DNA from: Kluyvera genomosp. 3
GTDB lineage: Bacteria; Pseudomonadota; Gammaproteobacteria; Enterobacterales; Enterobacteriaceae
Assembly: GCA_002211745.1 (NCBI GenBank)
Contig: CP022114.1
Location: forward strand, 1,806,645-1,830,644
DNA length: 24,000 nt
Direction: 5' to 3'
Shown: in pieces, positions 1 to 14,800 of the stretch
Position numbering within the stretch: position 1 is the first letter of the stretch
How the letters are laid out: the number at the start of each line of letters is the position of its first letter
Translations under genes and position numbers: made by a program
Notes under the pieces: model-generated
What the model was told of the DNA's origin: nothing
The model's input: only the letters and a program-made list of their open reading frames with translations
Database searches by the model: none

Positions 1-383
1 TCCGGTGATATCAATTGGCTGGGCAAGCGTAGCGATATCAAGGAATTAATTGAAAGTGTGGATATAGTCGCTTTGCCATCTGTCTACTCTGAAGGTATTC
101 CTCGAATTCTTTTAGAAGCCGGTGCAATCGGTCGTCCTGTTATAAGTTTTGATACTGGTGGTTGTGGGAGTTTAATACTTGACGGTTATAATGGTTTCCT
201 TGTGCCTAAAGGAAATGTGAACCTATTTTCTCAGAAGCTTGGTATCCTTATTAGCGATCCTCTTGAGCGCACTAAGATGGGCAGAATGCCAGAAAGCGAG
301 TAGAGGAAAAGTATTCATCTACCGTTGTCATACGAAAAACCGTTCAAATCTATAATAAACTCATAATGCAAGAAGTGCTCTAA
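1..383 (+). pseudogene. GT-B (family 4-like) glycosyltransferase, 3' portion, 5'-truncated by the window edge. Last gene of a surface-polysaccharide cluster upstream of gnd. One -1 frameshift as written.
   Basis: Frame 1 reads ...DIVALPSVYSEGIPRILLEAGAIGRPVISFDTGGCGSLILDGYNGFLVPKGN..., containing the E-x7-E (EGIPRILLEA) motif typical of GT4 C-terminal domains. After ...RTKMG the frame breaks at AA 285-286. Adding one base gives ...GRNARKRVEEKYSSTVVIRKTVQIYNKLIMQEVL* with a stop at 381-383. The region is visibly AT-rich compared with the rest of the window. Confidence 0.7.
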
Positions 384-553
384 TATTGAGCAACAACTTA
401 TCAGAGCTTGTCGCTATGCGTTTTTTAGTAACTTATGACAGTTATTAATTTCACTCAAACATCTAATTCTTTATACAACTTGCCGTTCTCCTAATATATA
501 ATTTCTTAAATTCTGTCTGTTCATAGACAGATACCACCTGACAGGAGTATGTA

Positions 554-1957
554 ATGTCTAAGCAACAAATCGGCGTAGTCGGTATGGCTGTGATGGGGCG
601 CAACCTGGCGCTCAACATCGAAAGCCGCGGTTATACCGTCTCTATCTTCAACCGCTCCCGTGAAAAAACCGAAGAAGTTGTCGCTGAGAATCCAGGCAAA
701 AAGCTGGTTCCTCACTACACGGTCAAGGAGTTCGTCGAGTCTCTTGAGACCCACGTCGTATCCTGTTAATGGTGAAAGCAGGCGCGGGCACCGATGCTGC
801 CATCGATTCCCTGAAACCTTACCTTGATAAAGGTGACATCATCATTGATGGTGGTAACACCTTCTTCCAGGACACCATTCGTCGTAACCGTGAGCTGTCA
901 GCTGAAGGCTTCAACTTCATTGGTACCGGCGTGTCCGGTGGTGAAGAGGGCGCGCTGAAGGGCCATCCATCATGCCTGGCGGCCAGAAAGAAGCGTATGA
1001 GCTGGTTGCGCCTATCCTGACTAAAATTGCCGCTGTGGCGGAAGACGGCGAGCCTTGCGTAACCTACATCGGTGCTGACGGTGCGGGTCATTACGTGAAA
1101 ATGGTCCACAACGGTATCGAATACGGCGACATGCAGCTGATTGCTGAAGCCTATTCTCTGCTGAAAGGTGGCCTGAACCTGTCTAACGAAGAGCTGGCAA
1201 CCACCTTCACCGAGTGGAATGAAGGCGAGCTGAGCAGCTACCTGATCGACATCACCAAAGACATCTTCACCAAAAAAGATGAAGACGGTAAATACCTGGT
1301 TGATGTGATCCTCGACGAAGCGGCGAACAAAGGCACCGGTAAATGGACTAGCCAGAGCTCTCTGGACCTGGGCGAACCGCTGTCGCTGATCACTGAATCT
1401 GTTTTCGCGCGCTACATCTCCTCCCTGAAAGAGCAGCGCGTGGCGGCATCTAAAGTGCTGACTGGCCGCAGGCTAAACTGGCTGGCGATAAAGCAGAGTT
1501 CGTTGAGAAAGTGCGTCGCGCACTGTACCTGGGTAAAATCGTCTCCTACGCGCAGGGCTTCTCTCAGCTGCGTGCCGCGTCTGACGAGTACAACTGGGAT
1601 CTGAACTACGGCGAAATCGCGAAGATCTTCCGCGCGGGCTGCATCATTCGTGCACAGTTCCTGCAGAAAATCACCGACGCCTACGCTGAAAACGCGAGCA
1701 TCGCCAACCTGCTGCTGGCGCCGTACTTCAAAAATATCGCTGATGAATACCAGCAGGCGCTGCGTGACGTCGTGGCCTATGCTGTGCAGAACGGTATTCC
1801 GGTACCGACCTTCTCTGCAGCAGTGGCGTACTACGACAGCTACCGCGCTGCGGTACTGCCAGCGAACCTGATTCAGGCTCAGCGTGACTACTTCGGTGCG
1901 CATACCTATAAACGCACTGATAAAGAAGGTGTGTTCCACACCGAATGGCTGGATTAA
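554..1957 (+). pseudogene. gnd: 6-phosphogluconate dehydrogenase (decarboxylating), split into 4 ORF pieces by three -1 frameshifts. Probably intact in vivo.
   Basis: ORFs 554-769, 769-1020, 972-1604 and 1511-1957 tile the full Gnd sequence ([27 protein letters not shown]...HTEWLD). The breaks are at C runs 750-752, 963-964 and 1466-1467. The span is 1404 nt, which is 1407 (468 aa plus stop) minus 3. Confidence 0.95.
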
Positions 1958-1984
1958 TCTGAATTAGTTCATCCGTAAAGCCAG

Positions 1985-2011
1985 GCCCGGAGCGCATCTC
2001 CGGGCTTTTTT
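1985..2011 (+). terminator. Rho-independent terminator after gnd
   Basis: Stem gcccggag / ctccgggc with loop cgcat, followed by a T run at 2006-2011. Confidence 0.8.
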
Positions 2012-2160
2012 ATTGTCTGAAAACAGCATTCAGTCAGGTCTGATAGGCGGCGACACGGTAATTCGCGATATACTGGCCGCAAGCCGATCCGACAACGTTG
2101 GGTCCCACGGTGGTGATGCATTCACCCTCAAATGTTTAACCGGAAGAAGTTACAGAGCGA

Positions 2161-3324
2161 ATGAAGATAACTATTTCAGGAACAGGTTACGTCGGCCTGT
2201 CGAACGGCATTCTGATCGCCCAGCACCACGAAGTGGTGGCCCTGGATATCGTTCAGGCCAAGGTCGACATGCTGAATCAGAAACAGTCGCCGATCGTCGA
2301 CAAAGAGATCGAAGAGTATCTGGCGACCAAACCGCTGAATTTCCGTGCGACCACTGATAAGCGCGATGCTTATCGCGATGCAGACTATGTGATCATCGCC
2401 ACCCCGACCGATTACGATCCCAAAACGAACTATTTCAATACGTCCAGCGTTGAGTCTGTTATCCGTGACGTCGTTGAAATCAACCCCAATGCGGTGATGG
2501 TTATCAAATCTACCATTCCGGTAGGCTTTACCAATTCGATTAAAGAAAAACTGGGTATCGACAATATTTTCTTCTCGCCGGAATTCCTGCGTGAAGGCCG
2601 TGCGCTGTACGATAACCTGCATCCGTCGCGTATCGTTATCGGCGAACGTTCTGACCGAGCCGAGCGTTTTGCCGCGCTGCTGCAGGAAGGGGCAGTGAAG
2701 AAGGATATCCGACGCTGTTCACCGACTCGACCGAAGCCGAAGCTATCAAGCTATTCGCGAACACCTACCTCGCGATGCGCGTGGCTTATTTCAACGAGCT
2801 GGATAGCTATGCGGAAAGCCTGGGCCTGAATTCCGCCAGATTATTGAAGGCGTGTGCCTGGACCCGCGTATTGGTAATCACTATAACAATCCATCTTTTG
2901 GTTATGGTGGTTATTGCCTCCCGAAAGATACTAAACAACTGCTGGCAAATTATGCGTCTGTGCCAAATAACATCGTCGGTGCGATTGTTGACGCTAACCG
3001 TACCCGCAAGGACTTTATTGCCGATTCTATCCTGGCCCGCAAGCCGAAAGTGGTTGGGGTATATCGCCTCGTCATGAAGTCAGGATCCGACAATTTCCGC
3101 GCATCCTCGATTCAAGGGATTATGAAACGAATCAAAGCGAAAGGCATTCCAGTGATTGTGTATGAACCTGCGATGAAAGAAGATGAATTCTTTAATTCCC
3201 GCGTTGTACGCGATTTGGATGCATTTAAGCAAGATGCGGATGTCATCATTTCTAACCGGATGGCGGAAGAATTGGCTGATGTGAAAGAGAAGGTGTATAC
3301 CGCGATCTGTTTGGTAATGATTGA
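2161..3324 (+). pseudogene. ugd: UDP-glucose 6-dehydrogenase with three -1 frameshifts as written. Probably intact in vivo.
   Basis: ORFs 2161-2829, 2775-3077 and 2852-3343 tile Ugd ([21 protein letters not shown]...[15 protein letters not shown]...[22 protein letters not shown]). The breaks are at CC 2709-2710, 2833-2834 and 3300-3301. After correction the C-terminus reads ...KVYTRDLFGND* with a stop at 3322-3324. The span is 1164 nt, which is 1167 minus 3. Confidence 0.93.
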
Positions 3325-3345
3325 CAGGTTCGTGCAGCAATAATA

Positions 3346-3369
3346 AAGCCCGGTGTTATCGCCGGGCTT
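3346..3369. terminator. Hairpin between convergent ugd and hisIE, possibly a bidirectional terminator
   Basis: Stem aagcccgg / ccgggctt with an 8-nt loop, lying in the 57-nt gap between the two stop codons. The flanking U tracts are weak. Confidence 0.5.
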
Positions 3370-3380
3370 AAATTTATCCG

Positions 3381-3972
3381 TTACTTATGCCGTTCCCGCA
3401 AATTCTCAATCACCGCCGTCAAATCCAGCTCCTGATCCTGCAATAGCACCAGCAGGTGATACATCAAATCCGACGCCTCATTCTTCAGCTCAAACTTATC
3501 GTGCACCGTGGCGGCCAGCGCGGTTTCCACGCCTTCTTCGCCCACTTTCTGCGCGATACGCTTGGTGCCGCTGGCGTACAGCTTAGCGGTGTACGAGCTT
3601 GCCGGGTCGGCGCTTTTACGCTCGGCCAGCAGCTGCTCAAGCTGATACAGGAACAACCACTGGTGGCTGGTGTCGCCGAAGCAGCTTGAGGTGCCTTTAT
3701 GGCAGGTCGGGCCAATCGGGTTAACCAGCACCAGCAGAGTGTCGTTGTCGCAGTCGGGCGCGATGCTTACCACATTGAGGAAGTGGCCGGAGGTTTCTCC
3801 CTTGGTCCACAGGCGCTGTTTGGTGCGTGAGAAAAAGGTCACTTTGCCCGTTTCCTGCGTTTTGGCCAGCGCTTCCTCGTTCATATAGCCAGCATCAGCA
3901 CTTCACCGGATACCGCGTGTTGGATAATGGCGGGCATCAGTCCGTCGGTTTTTTGCCAGTCCAGTTGTTCAG

Positions 3973-3979
<7 letters not shown>
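3381..3979 (-). pseudogene. hisI: Bifunctional phosphoribosyl-AMP cyclohydrolase / phosphoribosyl-ATP pyrophosphatase with one -1 frameshift near the 5' end
   Basis: ORF 3381-3884 matches HisIE from ...[33 protein letters not shown] onward. The N-terminus [31 protein letters not shown] is readable upstream in another frame. The break is at + strand CC 3889-3890. The ATG at 3979 overlaps the hisF stop. The span is 599 nt, which is 600 minus 1. Confidence 0.93.
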
Positions 3980-9476
<5,497 letters not shown>

Positions 9477-9481
9477 GGCGC

Positions 9482-10379
9482 TTACTCCATCATCTTCTCA
9501 ATCGGCAGTACCAGAATCGAGCTGGCACCCAGGGACTTCAGTTTTTCCATGGTTTCCCAGAACAGGGTTTCGCTGCTGACCATGTGCATCGCCACGCGCT
9601 GCTGGTCGCCCGCCAGCGGCAGAATGGTTGGGCGCTCGGCGCCAGGCAGCAGGGCAATCACTTCTTCCAGGCGTTCGGTTGGCGCGTGCATCATGATGTA
9701 TTTCGATTCGCGCGCCTGAATCACGCCCTGAATACGGGTTAACAGACGGTCAATCAACTGCTGCTTGGCGTCGCTCATCTCGCCGTCGCGTTGAATCAGG
9801 CAGGCTTTAGAGCGGAACATCACTTCTACTTCACGCAGGCCGTTGGCTTCCAGCGTCGCGCCGGTTGATACCAGGTCGCAGATGGCGTCGGCCAGACCGG
9901 CACGCGGGCCACTTCAACAGAGCCGTTCAGCAGGCAGGATTTAAAGCTGATGCCTTTCTGGTCGAGATAACGTTTGAGCAGGTGCGGGTAAGAGGTGGCA
10001 ATACGTTTGCCGTCGAGCGCAGCCGGGCCGTTCCAGGCTTCATCCGCCGGGGTCGCCAGCGACAGACGGCAGCCGCCGAAGTCCAGACGACGCAGGGTAA
10101 AGTAGCGCGGGTCTTCGCCTTGTGCACGGCGGCTCAGCAGCTCTTCTTCCAGCACGTTTTCACCGATAATGCCGAGATCGACCACGCCATCCATAATCAG
10201 CCCGGAATATCGTCATCGCGAACGCGCAGGATATCGATCGGCATGTTCTCCGCCATCGCGATCAGGCGCTGGGTGTGGAGATTGATTTTGATACCACAAC
10301 GGGCCAGTAATTCGCGTGAATCATCGCTCAGGCGGCCTGATTTCTGAATAGCTATGCGTAAACGGCTGTTATCTAACAT
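9482..10379 (-). pseudogene. hisG: ATP phosphoribosyltransferase with two -1 frameshifts
   Basis: ORFs 10197-10493 (true start is the ATG at 10379, [29 protein letters not shown]...), 9826-10194 and 9482-9823 tile HisG. The breaks are at + strand CCC 10201-10203 and GGG 9906-9908. The span is 898 nt, which is 900 minus 2. Confidence 0.93.
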
Positions 10380-10413
10380 TCTGTATTCCTCATTACCCTG
10401 CTGAATTTGGTTC

Positions 10414-10446
10414 AAAAAAAAGCCCCGGAAGATGATCTTCCGGGGC
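10414..10446 (-). terminator. his operon attenuator terminator
   Basis: On the minus strand: gccccggaag-atcat-cttccggggc followed by eight Ts (UUUUUUUU in the transcript). It lies between hisL and hisG and closely resembles the E. coli/Salmonella his attenuator. Confidence 0.9.
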
Positions 10447-10508
10447 TCTCTTGCGTTCATGCACCACTGGAAGATCTGAACGTCTCCCAGCACACATCGC
10501 CTGAAAGA

Positions 10509-10559
10509 CTAGTCAGGATGATGGTGATGATGGTGGTGTTTAAATTGAACGCGGCTCAT
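10509..10559 (-). CDS. hisL: his operon leader peptide (16 aa, seven consecutive His codons)
   Basis: The minus strand reads atg agc cgc gtt caa ttt aaa cac cac cat cat cac cat cat cct gac tag, translating to MSRVQFKHHHHHHHPD*. Confidence 0.95.
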   Translation of the reverse strand: MSRVQFKHHHHHHHPD

Positions 10560-10597
10560 AAATTTCTCGTTGAATGACTATTCACTTGATGTCTTTT

Positions 10598-10627
10598 AAC
10601 CTAAACCACTTTTGTCGTTGAGCGCAA
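10598..10627 (-). promoter_or_regulatory. Primary his operon promoter (-35 TTGCGC, -10 TAGGTT)
   Basis: The minus strand reads ...cTTGCGCtcaacgacaaaagtggtTTAGGTTaaaagacatca..., which matches the recalled GTGGTTTAGGTTAAAAGACATCA core of the E. coli/Salmonella his promoter. Confidence 0.65.
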
Positions 10628-10737
10628 GCGCTTTTTTCATTCATTAAATCAATTCATGTTACCACTATAAATTGTCAGTTTTCTCGCTGTGGCGTAGCCT
10701 TATGAGAGGAGTGCAGGATGAACCAGGAGATAGCGCA

Positions 10738-11558
10738 ATGAAGAAGGTGGCAATTGTCGGTTTAGGGTGGCTGGGTATGCCGCTGGCGCTGTCGTTGATG
10801 GCGCGCGGCTGGCAGGTAACGGGCAGTAAAACGACAGAGGATGGCGTGGAAGCCGCACGGATGTGCGGGATTGACAGCTATCCGTTGCGGCTCGATCCGC
10901 AGCTGGTTTGTGAGGCTGATGACCTTGATGCCTTAATGAATGTTGACGCGCTGGTCATTACGCTCCCGCGCGCCGCAGCGGCCCGGGCGAAGATTTCTAT
11001 CATCAGGCGGTGCAGGAGATTGTGGACTCCGCGCTGGCGCACCAGATTCCGCGCATTATCTTTACCAGCTCCACTTCGGTCTACGGTAAAGAAGAAGGGC
11101 TGGTAAAAGAGAGCACGCCGCGTGAACCGGTTACCGCTAGCGGTAGAGTATTAAAAGAGCTGGAAGACTGGCTTCATCAATTGCCGGGGACGTCGGTGGA
11201 TATTCTGCGTCTGGCGGGGCTGGTGGGGCCGGATCGACATCCAGGGCGATTCTTTGCCGGTAAATCCGCGCCGGATGGTCAGCACGGCGTGAATCTCGTC
11301 CATCTGGAAGATGTTGTTTCTGCTATTACGCTTTTATTACAGGCGCCGAAGGGTGGACACATTTATAACATTTGTGCGCCGTTGCATCCCGCTCGCGGTA
11401 TTTTCTATCCGCAAATGGCGCGCGAGCTGGGGTTAGCGGTTCCGAGCTTTAGCGACAGCGGTAATGGAAAAGGCAAAATCATCGACGGTAATCTCATTTG
11501 CCGTGAGCTCGGCTTTGAGTATCAGTATCCTGACCCGTTACGTATGCCGATGGAATAA
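10738..11558 (+). pseudogene. yeeZ: NAD(P)-binding Rossmann-fold protein YeeZ (epimerase/dehydratase-like) with one -1 frameshift
   Basis: The ATG at 10738 is preceded by AGGAGA. MKKVAIVGLGWLGMPLALSLMARGWQVTGSKTTEDGVEAARM...LVITLP shifts at CCC 10965-10967 and continues in ORF 11010-11558 (...QAVQEIVDSALAHQIPRIIFTSSTSVYG...FEYQYPDPLRMPME). Confidence 0.85.
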
Positions 11559-11720
11559 TCGCCTCTGTTTTAGCAAATAGTGCTATTGATGAGATTTATG
11601 ATTCGGGAGTTGCTGAATTATCAGTCGTTTAGACGAGAAGGCGTGCTGATTATGCTCTCAGCGGCTTGTCTTTTTGCTACCGTTTGGGGCAAAATATGTC
11701 GAATGTAAAAAATTGAGATT

Positions 11721-11754
11721 AACCGACGTGCTTGCCGCGTCGGTTATTTTTTTT
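11721..11754 (+). terminator. Strong rho-independent terminator about 160 nt downstream of yeeZ
   Basis: Stem aaccgacg / cgtcggtt with a 9-nt loop, then one A and a T8 run at 11747-11754. Confidence 0.8.
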
Positions 11755-11853
11755 ACATCAAAACAACCATCAAATTAAAGAGGCCGGGCTTCGTACCGGA
11801 TAGATACTTACTTAAAAAACGACAGTCGTTGTCGCTGAGGAAACAGAAAAAAA

Positions 11854-11916
11854 ATGGGGCAATTTTTCAATTTTGCGCCGGCCATCGCCGTAATGGAGAC
11901 TGACCGTGTCGCATAA
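11854..11916 (+). CDS. 20-codon upstream ORF overlapping the plaP start, a possible leader peptide. Its position resembles the E. coli small-protein gene yoeI (recalled, unverified).
   Basis: atg ggg caa ttt ttc aat ttt gcg ccg gcc atc gcc gta atg gag act gac cgt gtc gca taa translates to [26 protein letters not shown] lies 12 nt upstream. The stop at 11914-11916 is 11 nt inside plaP, whose GTG is at 11906. Confidence 0.4.
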   Translation: MGQFFNFAPAIAVMETDRVA

Positions 11917-13264
11917 CGTTACTCCAAACACCTCTCGCGTGGAATTACGTAAAACGCTTACGCTTATTCCGGTTGTTATGATGGGCCTGGCCTATATGCA
12001 GCCGATGACGCTGTTTGATACGTTCGGTATCGTATCTGGCATGACCGATGGTCACGTGCCAACAGCTTATGCCTTCGCTCTGGTGGCGATTCTGTTCACC
12101 GCGCTGAGCTACGGTAAGCTGGTGCGCCGTTATCCTTCGGCGGGCTCTGCCTACACTTATGCCCAGAAATCCATCAGCCCGACCGTTGGCTTTATGGTGG
12201 GTTGGTCTTCGCTGCTCGATTATCTGTTCGCGCCGATGATCAACATTCTGCTGGCAAAAATCTATTTCGAAGCGCTGGTGCCGTCGATACCGTCATGGGT
12301 ATTCGTGATTGCACTGGTTGCCTTTATGACCGCCTTTAACCTGCGCAGTATCAAATCTGTCGCCAACTTTAACACCGTGATCGTGGTGTTCCAGGTGGTA
12401 CTGATTGCCGTGATCCTGGGTATGGTGATTTATGGCGTGGCGCACGGCGAAGGTGCCGGTACGCTGGCAAGCAACCGTCCGTTCTGGTCGGGTGATGCGC
12501 ACGTGATCCCTATGATTACCGGGGCCACGATTCTGTGCTTCTCCTTTACCGGCTTTGACGGTATCAGCAACCTGTCTGAAGAAACCAAAGACGCTGAGCG
12601 TGTGATTCCGCGTGCTATCTTCCTGACGGCGCTGATTGGTGGCCTGATCTTTATCTTCTCCACCTATTTCCTGCAGCTCTACTTCCCGGATATCTCTCGC
12701 TTCAAAGATCCGGACGCCTCACAGCCTGAAATCATGCTGTACGTGGCGGGTAAAGCCTTCCAGGTTGGCGCGTTGATCTTCTCCACCATTACCGTGCTGG
12801 CTTCCGGTATGGCGGCGCATGCGGGTGTGGCGCGTCTGATGTACGTGATGGGTCGTGATGGCGTGTTCCCGAAAAGCTTCTTCGGCTATGTGCATCCAAC
12901 CTGGCGTACCCCGGCGATGAACATCATCCTGGTTGGCGCGATTGCGCTGCTGGCGATTAACTTCGACCTGGTGATGGCAACGGCGCTGATTAACTTTGGT
13001 GCGCTGGTAGCGTTCACCTTCGTGAACCTGTCCGTTATCTCTCAGTTCTGGATCCGAGAGAAGCGTAATAAGACGCTGAAAGATCACTTCCAGTACCTGT
13101 TCCTGCCAATCTGCGGCGCGCTGACCGTTGGCGCACTGTGGGTGAACCTGGAAGAGAGCTCTATGGTTCTGGGCCTGATCTGGGCTGGTATCGGTCTGAT
13201 CTACCTGGCCTGTGTGACCAAAAGCTTCCGCAACCCGGTTCCGCAGTACGAAGATGTTGCATAA
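11906..13264 (+). CDS. plaP: Low-affinity putrescine importer, APC family (intact, 452 aa)
   Basis: GTG start with a GGAG 6 nt upstream. The full-length sequence [45 protein letters not shown]...[12 protein letters not shown] is near-identical to recalled E. coli PlaP/YeeF. Confidence 0.93.
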   Translation: MSHNVTPNTSRVELRKTLTLIPVVMMGLAYMQPMTLFDTFGIVSGMTDGHVPTAYAFALVAILFTALSYGKLVRRYPSAGSAYTYAQKSISPTVGFMVGWSSLLDYLFAPMINILLAKIYFEALVPSIPSWVFVIALVAFMTAFNLRSIKSVANFNTVIVVFQVVLIAVILGMVIYGVAHGEGAGTLASNRPFWSGDAHVIPMITGATILCFSFTGFDGISNLSEETKDAERVIPRAIFLTALIGGLIFIFSTYFLQLYFPDISRFKDPDASQPEIMLYVAGKAFQVGALIFSTITVLASGMAAHAGVARLMYVMGRDGVFPKSFFGYVHPTWRTPAMNIILVGAIALLAINFDLVMATALINFGALVAFTFVNLSVISQFWIREKRNKTLKDHFQYLFLPICGALTVGALWVNLEESSMVLGLIWAGIGLIYLACVTKSFRNPVPQYEDVA

Positions 13265-13287
13265 CTGAATTTAAAAACGATGGTTGC

Positions 13288-13319
13288 AAAACCGGAGGTC
13301 TGGGCCTCCGGTTTTTTTT
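13288..13319 (+). terminator. Rho-independent terminator after plaP
   Basis: Stem aaaaccggagg / cctccggtttt with a 6-nt loop, running into a T8 tract. Confidence 0.85.
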
Positions 13320-13454
13320 GTCTTACGTTTGTGGAGTGATTAAAAAATCAATATTAATAACCGTCGGGAATAATATAGAGCTTTTGGTTATTGGAGCCGT
13401 CCGGCGGGGTCAGGAATAATTTTAAGACTGATAATATTGAGTTAATTGATTCTT

Positions 13455-14510
13455 ATGTTGCACATGATAATAAGTGGCATGATTTGCGGGGCCTTACTGG
13501 GATTCGTTATGCAGCGCGGTCGTTTCTGCCTGACGGGCGGCTTTCGCGATATGTATATCACCAAAAATAACCGCATGTTTTACGCACTGCTGATTGCTAT
13601 CTGTATCCAGAGTATCGGCGTGTTCGCGCTGATCCAGCTTGGCCTGGTGCAGTACGATGCGGGCGCATTCCCGTGGCTCGGCACCGTGGTGGGCGGATTT
13701 GTTTTTGGTATCGGTATCGTTTATGCGGGCGGCTGCGCCACCGGCACCTGGTATCGTGCCGGGGAAGGGCTGATTGGCAGTTGGATTGCACTGGTCACCT
13801 ATATGGTGATGAGCGCGGTGATGCGCTCGCCGCACGCCGCGGGCCTGAACAAGTTTCTTGGTCAGCACACGACCGCGCATAACGGTATTGCCGAAACCCT
13901 GAATATCTCCGTCTGGCCGATTATTGCGCTGCTGGTGGTGGTGACGCTGTGGTTTGTGCGCAAAGAGCTGCGCAAACCAAAGCTGAAGGTTGCCTCTCTG
14001 CCGCCGCGCCGCACTGGCCTGGCGCATCTGCTGTTTGAAAAGCGTTGGCATCCGTTTGTGACCGCCGTGCTGATTGGCCTTATCGCCCTGCTGGCCTGGC
14101 CGCTGAGTGAGGCCACCGGCCGTATGTTTGGCCTTGGTATCACCTCGCCGACCGCCAACATCCTCCAGTTCCTCGTTGGTGGCGATAGTAAATTCCTCAA
14201 CTGGGGCGTCTTCCTGGTGCTGGGGATCTTTATTGGCTCGTTTATCGCCGCGAAAGCCAGCCGTGAATTCCGCGTCCGCGCTGCCGATGCCAGCACCACG
14301 CTGCGTAGCGCCAGCGGCGGCGTGCTGATGGGCTTCGGTGCCAGCATTGCCGGCGGCTGCTCGATCGGCAACGGCCTGGTGATGACGGCGATGATGACCT
14401 GGCAGGGCTGGATTGGCCTGGTATTTATGATTCTCGGCGTGTGGTGCGCGTCGTGGATGTTGTATGTTCGCCCGCAGCGGAAAGCAAAACTGAAAACCGC
14501 AACGGCTTAA
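13455..14510 (+). CDS. yeeE: Thiosulfate uptake inner-membrane protein YeeE/TsuA (intact)
   Basis: MLHMIISGMICGALLGFVMQRGRFCLTGGFRDMYI...GGCATGTWYRAGEG...GGCSIGNG... matches E. coli YeeE. I prefer the ATG at 13455 (351 aa versus 352 in E. coli) over the track's TTG at 13446. Confidence 0.9.
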   Translation: MLHMIISGMICGALLGFVMQRGRFCLTGGFRDMYITKNNRMFYALLIAICIQSIGVFALIQLGLVQYDAGAFPWLGTVVGGFVFGIGIVYAGGCATGTWYRAGEGLIGSWIALVTYMVMSAVMRSPHAAGLNKFLGQHTTAHNGIAETLNISVWPIIALLVVVTLWFVRKELRKPKLKVASLPPRRTGLAHLLFEKRWHPFVTAVLIGLIALLAWPLSEATGRMFGLGITSPTANILQFLVGGDSKFLNWGVFLVLGIFIGSFIAAKASREFRVRAADASTTLRSASGGVLMGFGASIAGGCSIGNGLVMTAMMTWQGWIGLVFMILGVWCASWMLYVRPQRKAKLKTATA

Positions 14511-14522
14511 GGAGTAGAAAAA

Positions 14523-14747
14523 ATGGTTGTGAAGAAACTGGACGTAGTCACGCAGGTTTGCCCGTTCCCGTTAATTGAAGCGAAGGCGGCGATGGCGGAA
14601 CTGGCCAGCGGCGACCAGCTGGTGATTGAGTTCGACTGTACTCAGGCGACGGAAGCCATCCCGCAGTGGGCGGCGGAAGAGGGCTTTACGGTCACGGACT
14701 ATCAGCAGTCTGGCGATGCGGCGTGGACCATCACCGTACAGAAATAA
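14523..14747 (+). CDS. yeeD: TusA-like sulfurtransferase YeeD/TsuB (intact, 74 aa)
   Basis: MVVKKLDVVTQVCPFPLIEAKAAMAELASGDQLVIEFDCTQATEAIPQWAAEEG... carries the conserved CPxP motif. It starts 12 nt after yeeE. Confidence 0.9.
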   Translation: MVVKKLDVVTQVCPFPLIEAKAAMAELASGDQLVIEFDCTQATEAIPQWAAEEGFTVTDYQQSGDAAWTITVQK

Positions 14748-14761
14748 TGCCCCAGGCATCA

Positions 14762-14792
14762 AGCGACGCCAGGAAGATTTTCCGGCGTCGCT
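14762..14792. terminator. Hairpin between convergent yeeD and sbcB, probably a bidirectional terminator
   Basis: A 9-bp stem agcgacgcc / ggcgtcgct with a 13-nt loop, lying in the 53-nt gap between the two stop codons. Confidence 0.55.
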
Positions 14793-14800
14793 GCGTTGAA

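Noticed and set aside
1958-2357. ORF 2013-2357 (114 aa) and a possible JUMPstart/ops element in the gnd-ugd spacer
   Set aside because: The ORF overlaps the ugd start in another frame and is Arg/Gly-rich junk. I did not see the ops core GGCGGTAG; the nearest match is taggcggcga.
10521-10541. Run of His codons (catcatcaccatcat on the minus strand) resembling an engineered His-tag
   Set aside because: It is the native hisL leader peptide, with seven His codons, lying upstream of the his attenuator in the expected place.
13494-14371. Minus-strand ORFs (13494-14051, 185 aa; 13862-14371, 169 aa) antisense to yeeE
   Set aside because: These are shadow ORFs opposite an intact, recognisable membrane-protein gene. 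Their composition is Arg/Pro/Ala-rich.
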